Positions 30,647 through 39,605 of a DNA stretch of 64,000 bases are shown in pieces. The stretch covers positions 12,394 through 76,393 of the forward strand of contig JBFINP010000006.1 in the NCBI GenBank assembly GCA_041611095.1, in the 5' to 3' direction. The translations under genes and the position numbers were made by a program. The stretch comes from Acidimicrobiia bacterium. GTDB lineage: Bacteria; Actinomycetota; Acidimicrobiia; Spongiisociales; UBA5794. The notes under the pieces were generated by a model that was not told where the DNA came from, made no database searches, and worked only from the letters and a program-made list of their open reading frames with translations. Within the stretch, counting starts at the first letter, position 1; each line of letters begins with the position of its first letter.

Positions 30647-31264
30647 GTGGAGGTTCTCGATCAGATCGGGTTCGTCGCCGGCCTCATCCTGTTGCCGGCT
30701 GCGGTTGTGATCGCCGGCGGGCTCCTCGTGAGCTGGCTGGAGAGCCGCCAGGTCGCCCACCAGGCTGCCGGCTTGTCGTCGGGCCGCCGCAAGGCCCAGT
30801 GGCTGGCATGGTCGCTGCCTTTCGCCGCGGTCACGGCCCTGATGGTGTTGGCACCCGTCGTAGTCGGTGTCTGGGCAGTGGTAGCCGGAGAGCTTGCCGC
30901 GGGCTATCTCGCCACGGCGGGTTTCGGGCTGGGCGGCCTCACCCTCGGTGCGCTCGCCAGCGCGACCGAGAACGGCCTCCACGGTCCCTCCTGGCACAGG
31001 GTTTCCGGGGTGCTGCTGTCGAGTGCGGTGGGCTTTGCCATCACGCTGGCCAGCTACCTCGGGAGTTCCTTGGCGACGGCTCTCGACCTGGATGCGCGTG
31101 AGTTGCGTGTCGCGATCCCGATCGTCCTAGCACTTGCGCTCGGCGGCCTCGCGATCGTTGCCGTGCGCATGCGCCGCACGGAGCGGGTCGACGAAGGTCT
31201 CGCGGAAGCCGACGCCATTGCCGACGAGTCATCGGGTGTACTCACGGCCGCTCAGAACGAGTAG
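30647..31264 (+). CDS. Hypothetical integral membrane protein
   Basis: About five TM helices; TACGAT -10 just upstream. Confidence 0.7.
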   Translation: MEVLDQIGFVAGLILLPAAVVIAGGLLVSWLESRQVAHQAAGLSSGRRKAQWLAWSLPFAAVTALMVLAPVVVGVWAVVAGELAAGYLATAGFGLGGLTLGALASATENGLHGPSWHRVSGVLLSSAVGFAITLASYLGSSLATALDLDARELRVAIPIVLALALGGLAIVAVRMRRTERVDEGLAEADAIADESSGVLTAAQNE

Positions 31265-31881
31265 CTCTCGCCCCAGTCGAGGGGGATGACCTCGATCCCG
31301 TCGCCGGCCAGGACGTTCTTGGCCAAGCCCATGACCCAATGGCGGCCACTCCTGCTCGTGTAGAAGTCGTGGATGGGGACGACCTGGGCCGGCGCCAGGC
31401 GGCGGGCAAACGCAACGGCCGTCGTCACCGACGTCCACGGCGTGATGAGGGGTAACGCCAGCACCGGAGCCGTCGTGGACGGCTGCTGACTGTCCCCGGG
31501 GTGGGTGAGCACGCCGTCGACGGTGTAGGCCCGATTCGGCGGCTGCGCACCTGTAGGGATGAGCTCGTGGAGGACGTCCTCCGAGGACACGCCGGCCGGA
31601 TCGTCGGTGGACACGTCGATGTCGTGTGGTGCCAGCAACCGAGCAACTGCGCCGTTGGAGTGCACGGTGAGATCGGAGCCGCGGTCGAGGAGCCATCGCA
31701 CGAATTCCGGTTCGACGTGGTCCCCGTGCTCGTGGGTGACGAGAACCCGGGTGACGTCGCCGATGGAGGCGAGGTCGATCTCTCCAGAGCCGAAGGTGTG
31801 GAACCCCGGGTCGATGAGGATCGCCGCATCATCGGTCATGACGATCAGGCAGGAGTCGGTGAGGCGTCGGACGGTCGGCAT
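31252..31881 (-). CDS. MBL-fold metallo-hydrolase
   Basis: LIDPG, THEHGDH, HPGDS, PIHD. Confidence 0.88.
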   Translation of the reverse strand: MPTVRRLTDSCLIVMTDDAAILIDPGFHTFGSGEIDLASIGDVTRVLVTHEHGDHVEPEFVRWLLDRGSDLTVHSNGAVARLLAPHDIDVSTDDPAGVSSEDVLHELIPTGAQPPNRAYTVDGVLTHPGDSQQPSTTAPVLALPLITPWTSVTTAVAFARRLAPAQVVPIHDFYTSRSGRHWVMGLAKNVLAGDGIEVIPLDWGESYSF

Positions 31882-32066
31882 CCCGCCAGACTATCGGTAG
31901 CCCGACGGCGGTGCCGGACCAGCCCGCTCAGCCGAGGGCGCGGCGGAGCCGGTTGCGCCATGCGTCGTCCGCATCAGTTGCGCCGGTCCGGTCGGCGCAA
32001 GGAGCGGTAATCGGTATTACGCGTCGCAAGCCGGTAGTACCGTCGCAGGCAAGAAGGAGGTGACAC

Positions 32067-33950
32067 ATCTTCCACTCCGGCGGTTGGTGGTCGTACCTGC
32101 GGTACGACGAGGACCAGGATCGCCCGTCGCTCGACCGAGCGCTGCTCCGGCGCGTTTTGCGCTACGGCACTCCGTACAAGGGAAAGATCGCCGTCGTGCT
32201 GGCGACCATCTTCGTGATCTCGGCGCTGACGCTCGTGCCGCCGCTGATCATGCGGGCGCTCATCGACACGGCCATCCCCGAGAAGAACCTTGGACTCGTC
32301 ACCCTGCTGGGTATCGGGATGGTCGCTGTGCCGCTCGTCAACGGTGTGCTCGGTGTGCTTCAGCGGTGGGCGTCGGCGGTGATCGGCGAGGGCATCATCT
32401 TCGACCTGCGGTGCGAGCTGTACGGGCACCTCCAGCGGATGTCCCTCGGGTTTTTCACGGCGACCCGCACGGGGGAGCTGATGTCCCGTCTCAACAACGA
32501 CGTCGTCGGCGCCCAACAGGCGATCACCGGGACCTTCGTCACGCTCGCCGCCAACATCGTCACCACCATCATGACGCTGGGGATCATGTTCGGCCTGGAG
32601 TGGCGGCTCACCCTGCTGTCGATCGTCATCCTGCCGTTGTTCATCGCCACCTCCCGGTCGGTCGGCAAGAGGCTGCGCGTGATCCGTCGCCGTCAGCTCG
32701 AGAGCAACGCACGGATGTCGTCGCACATGCAGGAGACGTTGAGCGTCTCCGGCGCACTGCTCGTCAAGCTGTTCGGGCGGACGCGCGACGAAGACGGTCG
32801 GTTCGCCGGACACGCCGCCGAGGTGCGCGATCTCGGCGTCCGTCAGGCGACGATCGGCCGGTGGTTCTTCATGGCGCTCGGTGTCATGAGCGCCATCGGC
32901 ACGGCGCTGGTCTTCTGGTTCGGCGCCCTATTCGTCATCAACGGCACCCTCACGATCGGAACGATCGTGGCGCTCAGCGCCTACCTGGCGAACCTCTACG
33001 GGCCGCTCACGGCGCTGACGAACGCCCGAGTCGAGTTCGCCACCTCACTCGTCTCCTTCGAGCGAGTGTTCGAGGTGCTCGACATGGGGCACGACATCGT
33101 CGAGGCACCGGAGCCCGTCGCACCCGAGAGACTGACCGGCGCCCTCGAGCTCGACCACGTCTGGTTCTCCTACGGGGCGTCGTCAGGACTCGAATCGGTC
33201 CGGCGCTACGGGTGGGGTGGCATGACGGAGGGTGACGACGCGGAGCAGCGTCGCACCACGAACGGGTGGGCGCTGCAGGACCTCACCTTTCGGGTGGAGC
33301 CCGGTGAGCTGGCGGCTCTCGTGGGTCCGAGCGGTGCGGGCAAGACCACGACGACCTATCTGGTGCCGCGGCTCTACGACGTCGACGAGGGTCGCGTGCT
33401 GATCGACGGTACCGATGTTCGGTTGCTGGACCTGGAGACGCTGGCGGCCGCGGTAGGCGTCGTCACCCAGGAGTCGTACCTGTTCCACGACACGATCGGT
33501 GCCAACCTGAGGTATGCGAAACCCGATGCCACCGACGACGAGGTGCGGCGGGCGGCGGAGACGGCCAACATCGCGAACTTCATCGAGTCCCTTCCGCTCG
33601 GATACGACACCGTCGTGGGGGAGAGGGGCTACCGGCTTTCGGGAGGTGAGAAACAGCGCATCGCGATCGCCCGCGTCATCCTCAAGGATCCTCGCATCCT
33701 CATCCTCGACGAGGCGACGTCGCACCTCGACGCCCACTCGGAGTCGCTGATCCAGGAGGCCCTGGAGCGGGTGATGGAGGGCCGTACGTCGCTCGTCATC
33801 GCCCACCGGCTCTCCACGATCCTCGCCGCGGACCGGATCTTCGTCATAGATGGCGGCCGGTTGGTGGAGTCGGGAACCCATCTCGAGCTGCTGGGCCGCG
33901 GCGGCCTCTATGCATCGCTCTACCGCACCCAGTTTGCGGCCACGGCGTGA
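32067..33950 (+). CDS. ABC exporter (fused permease/ATPase), probable non-canonical ATC start
   Basis: GPSGAGKTT, LSGGEKQR, LDEATS, IAHRLST. AAGGAGGTGA SD, ATC at 32067, in-frame TGA at 32061. Confidence 0.9.
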   Translation: MFHSGGWWSYLRYDEDQDRPSLDRALLRRVLRYGTPYKGKIAVVLATIFVISALTLVPPLIMRALIDTAIPEKNLGLVTLLGIGMVAVPLVNGVLGVLQRWASAVIGEGIIFDLRCELYGHLQRMSLGFFTATRTGELMSRLNNDVVGAQQAITGTFVTLAANIVTTIMTLGIMFGLEWRLTLLSIVILPLFIATSRSVGKRLRVIRRRQLESNARMSSHMQETLSVSGALLVKLFGRTRDEDGRFAGHAAEVRDLGVRQATIGRWFFMALGVMSAIGTALVFWFGALFVINGTLTIGTIVALSAYLANLYGPLTALTNARVEFATSLVSFERVFEVLDMGHDIVEAPEPVAPERLTGALELDHVWFSYGASSGLESVRRYGWGGMTEGDDAEQRRTTNGWALQDLTFRVEPGELAALVGPSGAGKTTTTYLVPRLYDVDEGRVLIDGTDVRLLDLETLAAAVGVVTQESYLFHDTIGANLRYAKPDATDDEVRRAAETANIANFIESLPLGYDTVVGERGYRLSGGEKQRIAIARVILKDPRILILDEATSHLDAHSESLIQEALERVMEGRTSLVIAHRLSTILAADRIFVIDGGRLVESGTHLELLGRGGLYASLYRTQFAATA

Positions 33951-34008
33951 GGACGATGGACATGGTGCATGCATGCGATCGCCGGGGTGGGCGCAGTACC
34001 CTGCCGGT

Positions 34009-34611
34009 GTGACGAGACGGATCGAGGCCACGCACTGGGTCGTCCTCTCGGCGCTGGCCGTGCTGCTCGTCGCATGTTCGGGAGCGCCGAGCCCCGAGGA
34101 CTACTTCGACGGCGTCGCCCAGGAGACCGCCGACTACGGAGAGGCCCTCGACGAGCTGCGCTCCGGCTATGCCTCGGACCTTCGCGACGAGCTGTCGTCC
34201 CTCGCCGACCGCACCGACTTCACGGACACCGCGGCCGTGGACGCCTACTTCGTCCAAGCCAAGGAAGTCGCCATCGTCAAGACCGCCGACCTTTTGACGG
34301 ACGCCGGCGCCTCCTTGCGTACCTTGCTCGATGCCTTCGAGGCGCTGGAGCCTCCCGAAGACCTCACTGCGGAGCACGACGACTTGATCGCAACCGGTGA
34401 GGCGCTGGCCGCGTCGATGCCGAGCTCGATCGAGACACTGCGGAACCTCGGGTCCATCGAGGAGCTCCAGGAGACCTTCGAGCGGACGCCGTACTCGGTG
34501 GCCGCTCAGCGGTTCGCCATTGCGTGTGAGAACCTGGAGGACGCCGCCCGGTCCCGTGCGATCGAGGTCGAGCTGGTGTGTCCCGGGGGGGTCGATCGCT
34601 CGCCCGACTGA
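34009..34611 (+). CDS. Hypothetical lipoprotein
   Basis: LLVAC lipobox; helical acidic domain; TACCCT -10 upstream. Confidence 0.7.
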   Translation: MTRRIEATHWVVLSALAVLLVACSGAPSPEDYFDGVAQETADYGEALDELRSGYASDLRDELSSLADRTDFTDTAAVDAYFVQAKEVAIVKTADLLTDAGASLRTLLDAFEALEPPEDLTAEHDDLIATGEALAASMPSSIETLRNLGSIEELQETFERTPYSVAAQRFAIACENLEDAARSRAIEVELVCPGGVDRSPD

Positions 34612-34655
34612 GGAGCGAGCCGGCGTTGGCGAGCCGTCCTAGTAGCGTCGATGCC

Positions 34656-35135
34656 ATGACGCTGCGAAGCGTGCTCCTGCTGCTCGTCCTCGCTGCCTGT
34701 GGCGGCGCCGACACCGGTGGCGCTTCGATAGAGCCTTCGACGAGCGCACCGGCGACCACCCGGCCGGTGACGACAGATCCCGCGACGACGATGCCTTCGC
34801 CTTCGTCGTCCTCCGCCTCAGGGGACGGCTGCGCTCACGTCGTCGATGCCACGGTCGAGCTGGAGGGCACCACCGCCACGGTGACCGCCACGGTGCTGTC
34901 GGACGACACGGGGTGGGACAAGTACGCCGATGCCTGGGAAGTTCGAACGCCGGATGGAACCGTGCTGGGCGAGCGGGTGCTGACCCATCCCCACGAGAAC
35001 GAGCAGCCGTTCACGAGGTCGCTCGCCGGCGTGGAGATCGCTCCCGACGTGGCCTTCGTCGAGATCGCAGCCCACGACTCGGTCTTCGGTTGGTGCGGCG
35101 AGACGATCGTCGTCGAGCTGCCCGTACGGTCGTGA
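34656..35135 (+). CDS. Conserved hypothetical lipoprotein
   Basis: LAAC lipobox; DTGWDKYADAWEV, LTHPHENEQPFTRSL, AHDSVFGW. Confidence 0.75.
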   Translation: MTLRSVLLLLVLAACGGADTGGASIEPSTSAPATTRPVTTDPATTMPSPSSSSASGDGCAHVVDATVELEGTTATVTATVLSDDTGWDKYADAWEVRTPDGTVLGERVLTHPHENEQPFTRSLAGVEIAPDVAFVEIAAHDSVFGWCGETIVVELPVRS

Positions 35136-35674
35136 CCACGATGCGGCCCGTGTGGACCGGCAGCGCTTGGGTCGACCTGCCGGTTCCGGTTAGTGGCGGT
35201 GAGGCCGTCGTCGTGCCCAACGTGAACGCGCTGGTCTACGACTCCACGAAGCGGGAACGCATCCTGCTGCAGCGTCGTGACAAGCCGGGTGAGGCGGTTC
35301 GCGGCAGGCTCGAGCTGCCTGGCGGGCGGTGGCGCGCCGGATTCGGCCCAGATGAGGAGATCGCCCGCGAGGTCCTCGAGGAGACCGGAATCCGGGTCGT
35401 CGCCGTCGCCGCCGGTCTCGAGCGGATCGAGCACGAGCCGCACGTCACCACTGTTGCCGCCCGTCCGATCGCGATCGTCGCCGGCATCGACGGGGCGTAT
35501 CCCTCGCTGCACGTCCTGTTCGAGTGCTACGGGGAGGGCGAGCCGCGGCCGCTGCCCGGGGAAGTCGCCGATGCCCGCTGGTGGCCGGTGGTGGAGGTGA
35601 GACGGATGCTGGACGTCGATCCGGGTGCCTTCGTATGGCAGGCGGCGGCGATGCTCCGGGCTGCGCTCGGCTGA
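35132..35674 (+). CDS. NUDIX hydrolase
   Basis: LELPGG...IAREVLEETG Nudix box. Confidence 0.85.
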   Translation: MTTMRPVWTGSAWVDLPVPVSGGEAVVVPNVNALVYDSTKRERILLQRRDKPGEAVRGRLELPGGRWRAGFGPDEEIAREVLEETGIRVVAVAAGLERIEHEPHVTTVAARPIAIVAGIDGAYPSLHVLFECYGEGEPRPLPGEVADARWWPVVEVRRMLDVDPGAFVWQAAAMLRAALG

Positions 35675-35695
35675 GACGATGCGGGTCGTCCCAGC

Positions 35696-36202
35696 TCAGT
35701 CCTCGTCGGCGGCCGCCGCCGTGAGCCGGGTCGGGGGAGGCAACACCAAGACCGGTTTGGCGCACTCCAGGATCACTCGCGCCGACACGCTCTCCCAAGA
35801 CGCCTGATCGAATATCGGCCGGGTTGCTCCCATGATCACGATGTCTACGTCGAGCTTGTTGGCGAGCCCCGAGATGGTGGACGACGGGTCCTCGCCCTCG
35901 AGGTACACGGCCTCGGTGTCGATCCCCTCCGCGACGAGCGCTCGCACGAGGGGTTCGCAGATGCGGCGGCCCCGCTCGGTGACGTAGCGCTCGACGACGG
36001 CGTCGTCGGCAGCCGTCCATGCGACGTGGGTACCGTCCTCGAGCGGGTGCCAGCGGTCGGAGCGAAGCTCCTCCAGGAAGCTGCGCGGCACCTCAATGAC
36101 CGTGGTCACGGTGACGCGGCCATCTGGTGGCACGAGCTTGCGGCAGAAGTTCACCACGGACCCGGGGCTCAACACCCCGGACGTGGCGATGAGCACGTGC
36201 AT
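35696..36202 (-). CDS. Universal stress protein
   Basis: MHVLIAT, GEDPSSTI, DIVIMGA, SVSARVILECAKPVLVLP. Confidence 0.85.
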   Translation of the reverse strand: MHVLIATSGVLSPGSVVNFCRKLVPPDGRVTVTTVIEVPRSFLEELRSDRWHPLEDGTHVAWTAADDAVVERYVTERGRRICEPLVRALVAEGIDTEAVYLEGEDPSSTISGLANKLDVDIVIMGATRPIFDQASWESVSARVILECAKPVLVLPPPTRLTAAAADED

Positions 36203-36288
36203 GGGGAACATGGTAGAGAGATCGGCGACGAATGGGGTGACGACGGGTCGGTCATCCTTGCGTAGCCTCGGCTCAGTCGCTGCGGACG

Positions 36289-37047
36289 GTGCGAGAGGAG
36301 CGGGCAGTGGTCGCGGAGGTCGCGGACGGAGTGACCCGGGTGGCGGGTTCGAGGACGAACCTCTACGTGGTCGCCGAGGGCGGCTCGATCTGCCTCGTGG
36401 ACACGGGCTACCCGGGCGACCACGCAAAGATCGTGGCCGGGTTGGCGGCGTTCGGGAAGTCGCTCGCCGACGTGGAGGCTGTGCTCTTGACGCACGCCCA
36501 CGTGGACCACATCGGCTCGGCCGAGCGCCTCAGAGCCGAGCACGGCGCAACGGTCCACACCCACGTCGACGAGGCGCCGCACGCCAAGGGCGAGTACGAG
36601 CAGAGAATCACGACCGGCTACATGCTGAGCCGCATGTGGTGGCCGAAGATGGCGGCCTTCGTCCTCAACGCCGTTCGATCGGGTGCCGCCAAGGTCGACC
36701 ATGTCGCCGAGGTCGCAACCTTCGACGGCGCCCAGACACCACTCGATCTGCCGGGGCGACCCGTCCCCGTGTTCACGCCCGGTCACACCTCAGGACATTG
36801 TGCCTACCACTTCCCCGATCGCGGCGTGCTCGTGAGCGGCGACGCACTCGTCACAGAGGATTCGCTCACCCGCGAGACCGGGCCGCGGCTCCTGCATTCG
36901 TCCTTCAACCACGATCAGGCGGAGGCGGTTCGCTCGCTGGATCGCCTGCGGGGCCTGGCAGCCGACGAGATTCTGCCCGGTCACGGTGACCCGTATCGGG
37001 GCACTCCGGCCCAAGCGGTGGAGATGGCTCTCCACCACGCGGGTTGA
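36289..37047 (+). CDS. MBL-fold metallo-hydrolase
   Basis: VDTG, THAHVDHIG, TPGHTSGH, SGDAL, LPGHG. Confidence 0.9.
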   Translation: MREERAVVAEVADGVTRVAGSRTNLYVVAEGGSICLVDTGYPGDHAKIVAGLAAFGKSLADVEAVLLTHAHVDHIGSAERLRAEHGATVHTHVDEAPHAKGEYEQRITTGYMLSRMWWPKMAAFVLNAVRSGAAKVDHVAEVATFDGAQTPLDLPGRPVPVFTPGHTSGHCAYHFPDRGVLVSGDALVTEDSLTRETGPRLLHSSFNHDQAEAVRSLDRLRGLAADEILPGHGDPYRGTPAQAVEMALHHAG

Positions 37048-37048
37048 G

Positions 37049-37078
37049 CGCCGGGCGAATCGGCCGGTTCGTCCGGCG
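37049..37078 (+). terminator. GC-rich hairpin just after the MBL stop (no U-tract)
   Basis: CGCCGGGCGAATCGG/CCGGTTCGTCCGGCG inverted repeat with G-U pairs on the + strand. Confidence 0.45.
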
Positions 37079-37085
37079 GGCGTTG

Positions 37086-37102
37086 GTGAACAATGCGTGA
37101 AC
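37086..37102. promoter_or_regulatory. Direct repeat with 11-bp period (OmpR/PhoP-type site) upstream of the response regulator
   Basis: GTGAAC-AATGC-GTGAAC; TACGAT -10 at 37141-37146. Confidence 0.5.
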
Positions 37103-37152
37103 TCGTCCCGGGGGCGTCGGGTTGCCGACGCAGGGTGACGTACGATGCTGCG

Positions 37153-37848
37153 ATGGCCGAGCGGGCAGAAGGTGTTCGAGTGCTCGTCGTCGACGATGAG
37201 CCCATGGTGTGCGAGGTGGTGACCGCATACCTCGAGCGAGATGGGTTCGACGTGACCCAGGCGGCCGACGGGCGCTCTGCGCTCGAGGCATTGCGGAGCG
37301 AGCGGCCCGACCTCGTCGTCCTCGACGTGATGCTTCCCGAGGTGGACGGCTTCAGCGTCTTGAGCCAGCTCCGACGCACCAGCGACGTACCAGTGATTCT
37401 GCTCACGGCGCGGACGGAGGAGCCGGATCGCATCCTTGGGTTCGAGCTGGGCGCCGACGACTATGTTCTAAAGCCTTTCTCTCCGCGAGAGCTTGCGGCG
37501 AGGGTGCGGTCGGTCTTGCGCCGCAGCATGCCGGCGGCGTCCGCGCCACGTCTGGACTTCGACGGGCTGACGATCGATGGCGCCACTCGTGAGGTGACGT
37601 GCGATGGTTCCACGGTCGAGCTCACGCCCAAGGAGTTCGACCTCCTCGCCTATCTCGCAGCGTCCCCGCGCCAGGTCTTCTCGCGAGCCCAGCTGCTCGA
37701 GCAGGTCTGGGACTCGTCGGCCGACTACCAGGACCCTTCGACCGTCACCGTGCACGTGCGCAGGCTGCGCAAGAAGATCGAGATCGACCCGGAGACGCCT
37801 CGGTGGATCCACACGGTGTGGGGCGTCGGGTACCGGTTCGAGCCATGA
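37153..37848 (+). CDS. OmpR-family response regulator
   Basis: VLVVDDE, LDVMLP, KPFSPREL, winged helix IHTVWGVGYRF. Confidence 0.95.
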   Translation: MAERAEGVRVLVVDDEPMVCEVVTAYLERDGFDVTQAADGRSALEALRSERPDLVVLDVMLPEVDGFSVLSQLRRTSDVPVILLTARTEEPDRILGFELGADDYVLKPFSPRELAARVRSVLRRSMPAASAPRLDFDGLTIDGATREVTCDGSTVELTPKEFDLLAYLAASPRQVFSRAQLLEQVWDSSADYQDPSTVTVHVRRLRKKIEIDPETPRWIHTVWGVGYRFEP

Positions 37849-39026
37849 GAACCCTCGTATACCTGGGGCTGGCCGTGGTGGCCTCGATCGCGCTCTTCGA
37901 GGTGACGATGCGCCCCTCTGCGGGCGATCGCTCCCAGCTCCTCGTTCTGTTCATCGCGATGGCGGCAGGAACTGCCCTTCTCGGGTGGGTGATTCCGCGG
38001 GTCACAGGCCGTTTCCGGTCGCTGCGGGCCGCCGTGATCGTCCTTGCCGTCGCCTCCATCGTCGCCGTCGCCGTGGCGGTCGGCGTCGCCGCCCGGCTCA
38101 TGTTCCTCGAGTCGCACGATCTCCAGCTGCTCACCGTCGTGCTGGGCTTCGGTGTCGGGTTGGGAGTCGTGCTGGCGACCACGCTGGCGGCGAGGTTGAC
38201 TCGAGACCTGGGGCGCATCAGCGGGACGGTGGCGCGGATCGGTGAAGGCGACCTGCGGGTGCGCACCGGGGTCGTGCGCCCCGACGAACTCGGCGAAGCA
38301 GCGGCCGCCGTCGATGTGATGGCATCCCGGCTGGAGGCCGCGGAGGCCGAGCGTCAGCGGAACGAGACGGCCCGCCGGCACTTCCTCGCCGCGGTCGGCC
38401 ACGACCTGCGCAGCCCGCTCGCCGCGCTGCGGGCATCGGTCGAGGCGCTCGAAGACGGCCTTGCTCCGGATCCCGATCGCTACCTGGGCTCGATGCGCAG
38501 GGACCTCGACGCCATGGCGCACCTCGTGGACGACCTCTTCCTGCTCGCCACGATCGAGGCCGGAAAGCTGCAATTCGATCGGGAGCCGGTCGATCTCGCC
38601 GAGCTCGCCGACGAATCCATCGAGGCGCTCCGCCCCGTTGCGGCCGGTCGTAACGTGACGCTGCGGCTGGATGCCGACGGCGCCGTATCCGCGCTGGGCG
38701 GTCCTGCGGAGTTGGGGAGGGTCATCCGCAACCTGCTCCAGAACGCCATCCGCTTCAGCCCGGAGAACGCCTCGGTGACCGTGCGGGTCGCCAACGGCAC
38801 GACGGCGCGCGTGATCGTCGCCGACGAGGGCCCAGGCTTTCCCGCGTCGATGATCGCAACGGCATTCGAAGAGTTCGTGACCGGAGATGCGGCCCGGTCC
38901 CGAGCTGTCGGCGGCGCCGGCCTGGGTTTGGCGATTGCACGAGGCATCGTCGATGCGCACGGGGGCACGATCTGGGCGGAGCCCGGGCCGGGCGGGAGGG
39001 TTGGTTTCGAGATTCCGGTCACGTGA
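37845..39026 (+). CDS. HAMP-domain sensor histidine kinase
   Basis: TM helices, HAMP, HDLRSPL, NLLQNA, DEGPG, GAGLGLAI. Confidence 0.95.
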   Translation: MRTLVYLGLAVVASIALFEVTMRPSAGDRSQLLVLFIAMAAGTALLGWVIPRVTGRFRSLRAAVIVLAVASIVAVAVAVGVAARLMFLESHDLQLLTVVLGFGVGLGVVLATTLAARLTRDLGRISGTVARIGEGDLRVRTGVVRPDELGEAAAAVDVMASRLEAAEAERQRNETARRHFLAAVGHDLRSPLAALRASVEALEDGLAPDPDRYLGSMRRDLDAMAHLVDDLFLLATIEAGKLQFDREPVDLAELADESIEALRPVAAGRNVTLRLDADGAVSALGGPAELGRVIRNLLQNAIRFSPENASVTVRVANGTTARVIVADEGPGFPASMIATAFEEFVTGDAARSRAVGGAGLGLAIARGIVDAHGGTIWAEPGPGGRVGFEIPVT

Positions 39027-39085
39027 CATTCCCGGCTCACGAAGGCGCGCTCTAACCTCGAGCATCCTGCGATCGAGGAGATGAA

Positions 39086-39598
39086 GTGACCGAGGCCGTG
39101 TCCGCCGAGACCCTGAACAAGGTGCTCTGGAAGATTCCGAACGTACTGTGCCTCGTCGGCTCCCGGTCCGGGGACGAGTGGAACGGCATGACCCAGAGCT
39201 GGGTGACGCAGGTCGCCATGGAACCCGTGCTGGTGGCGGCATCCATCGACGTGAAGGCGGTCACCAACCGGCTGATACGTGAGAGCGGCTCGTTCACGAT
39301 CAACCTGTGGGACAGGGCCGACACCCGGCCCTTCGTCAAGTTCTCGAAACCCGCCACGAAGGACGGCATGACCCTCAACGACCGACCCATTCGTGAGGGA
39401 ACGACCGGGACCCCGATCTTCACCGAGGCGGTTGCGTTCATCGAGTGTCGGGTCTGGCAGGTCGTCGAGTGCGGGACCCACGACCTCTTCCTCGGCGAGG
39501 TGGTCGACGCCGGATTCTCGGGGGACGACGACCCCGACGTCGCCCGTATGGAGGACACGCGGATGAAGTACGGAGGCGTCAAGCGCGGCGGGCATTGA
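39086..39598 (+). CDS. Flavin reductase-like protein
   Basis: NGMTQSWVTQV, IECRV, GTHDLFLGEV. Confidence 0.88.
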   Translation: MTEAVSAETLNKVLWKIPNVLCLVGSRSGDEWNGMTQSWVTQVAMEPVLVAASIDVKAVTNRLIRESGSFTINLWDRADTRPFVKFSKPATKDGMTLNDRPIREGTTGTPIFTEAVAFIECRVWQVVECGTHDLFLGEVVDAGFSGDDDPDVARMEDTRMKYGGVKRGGH

Positions 39599-39605
39599 AC
39601 CGGCG

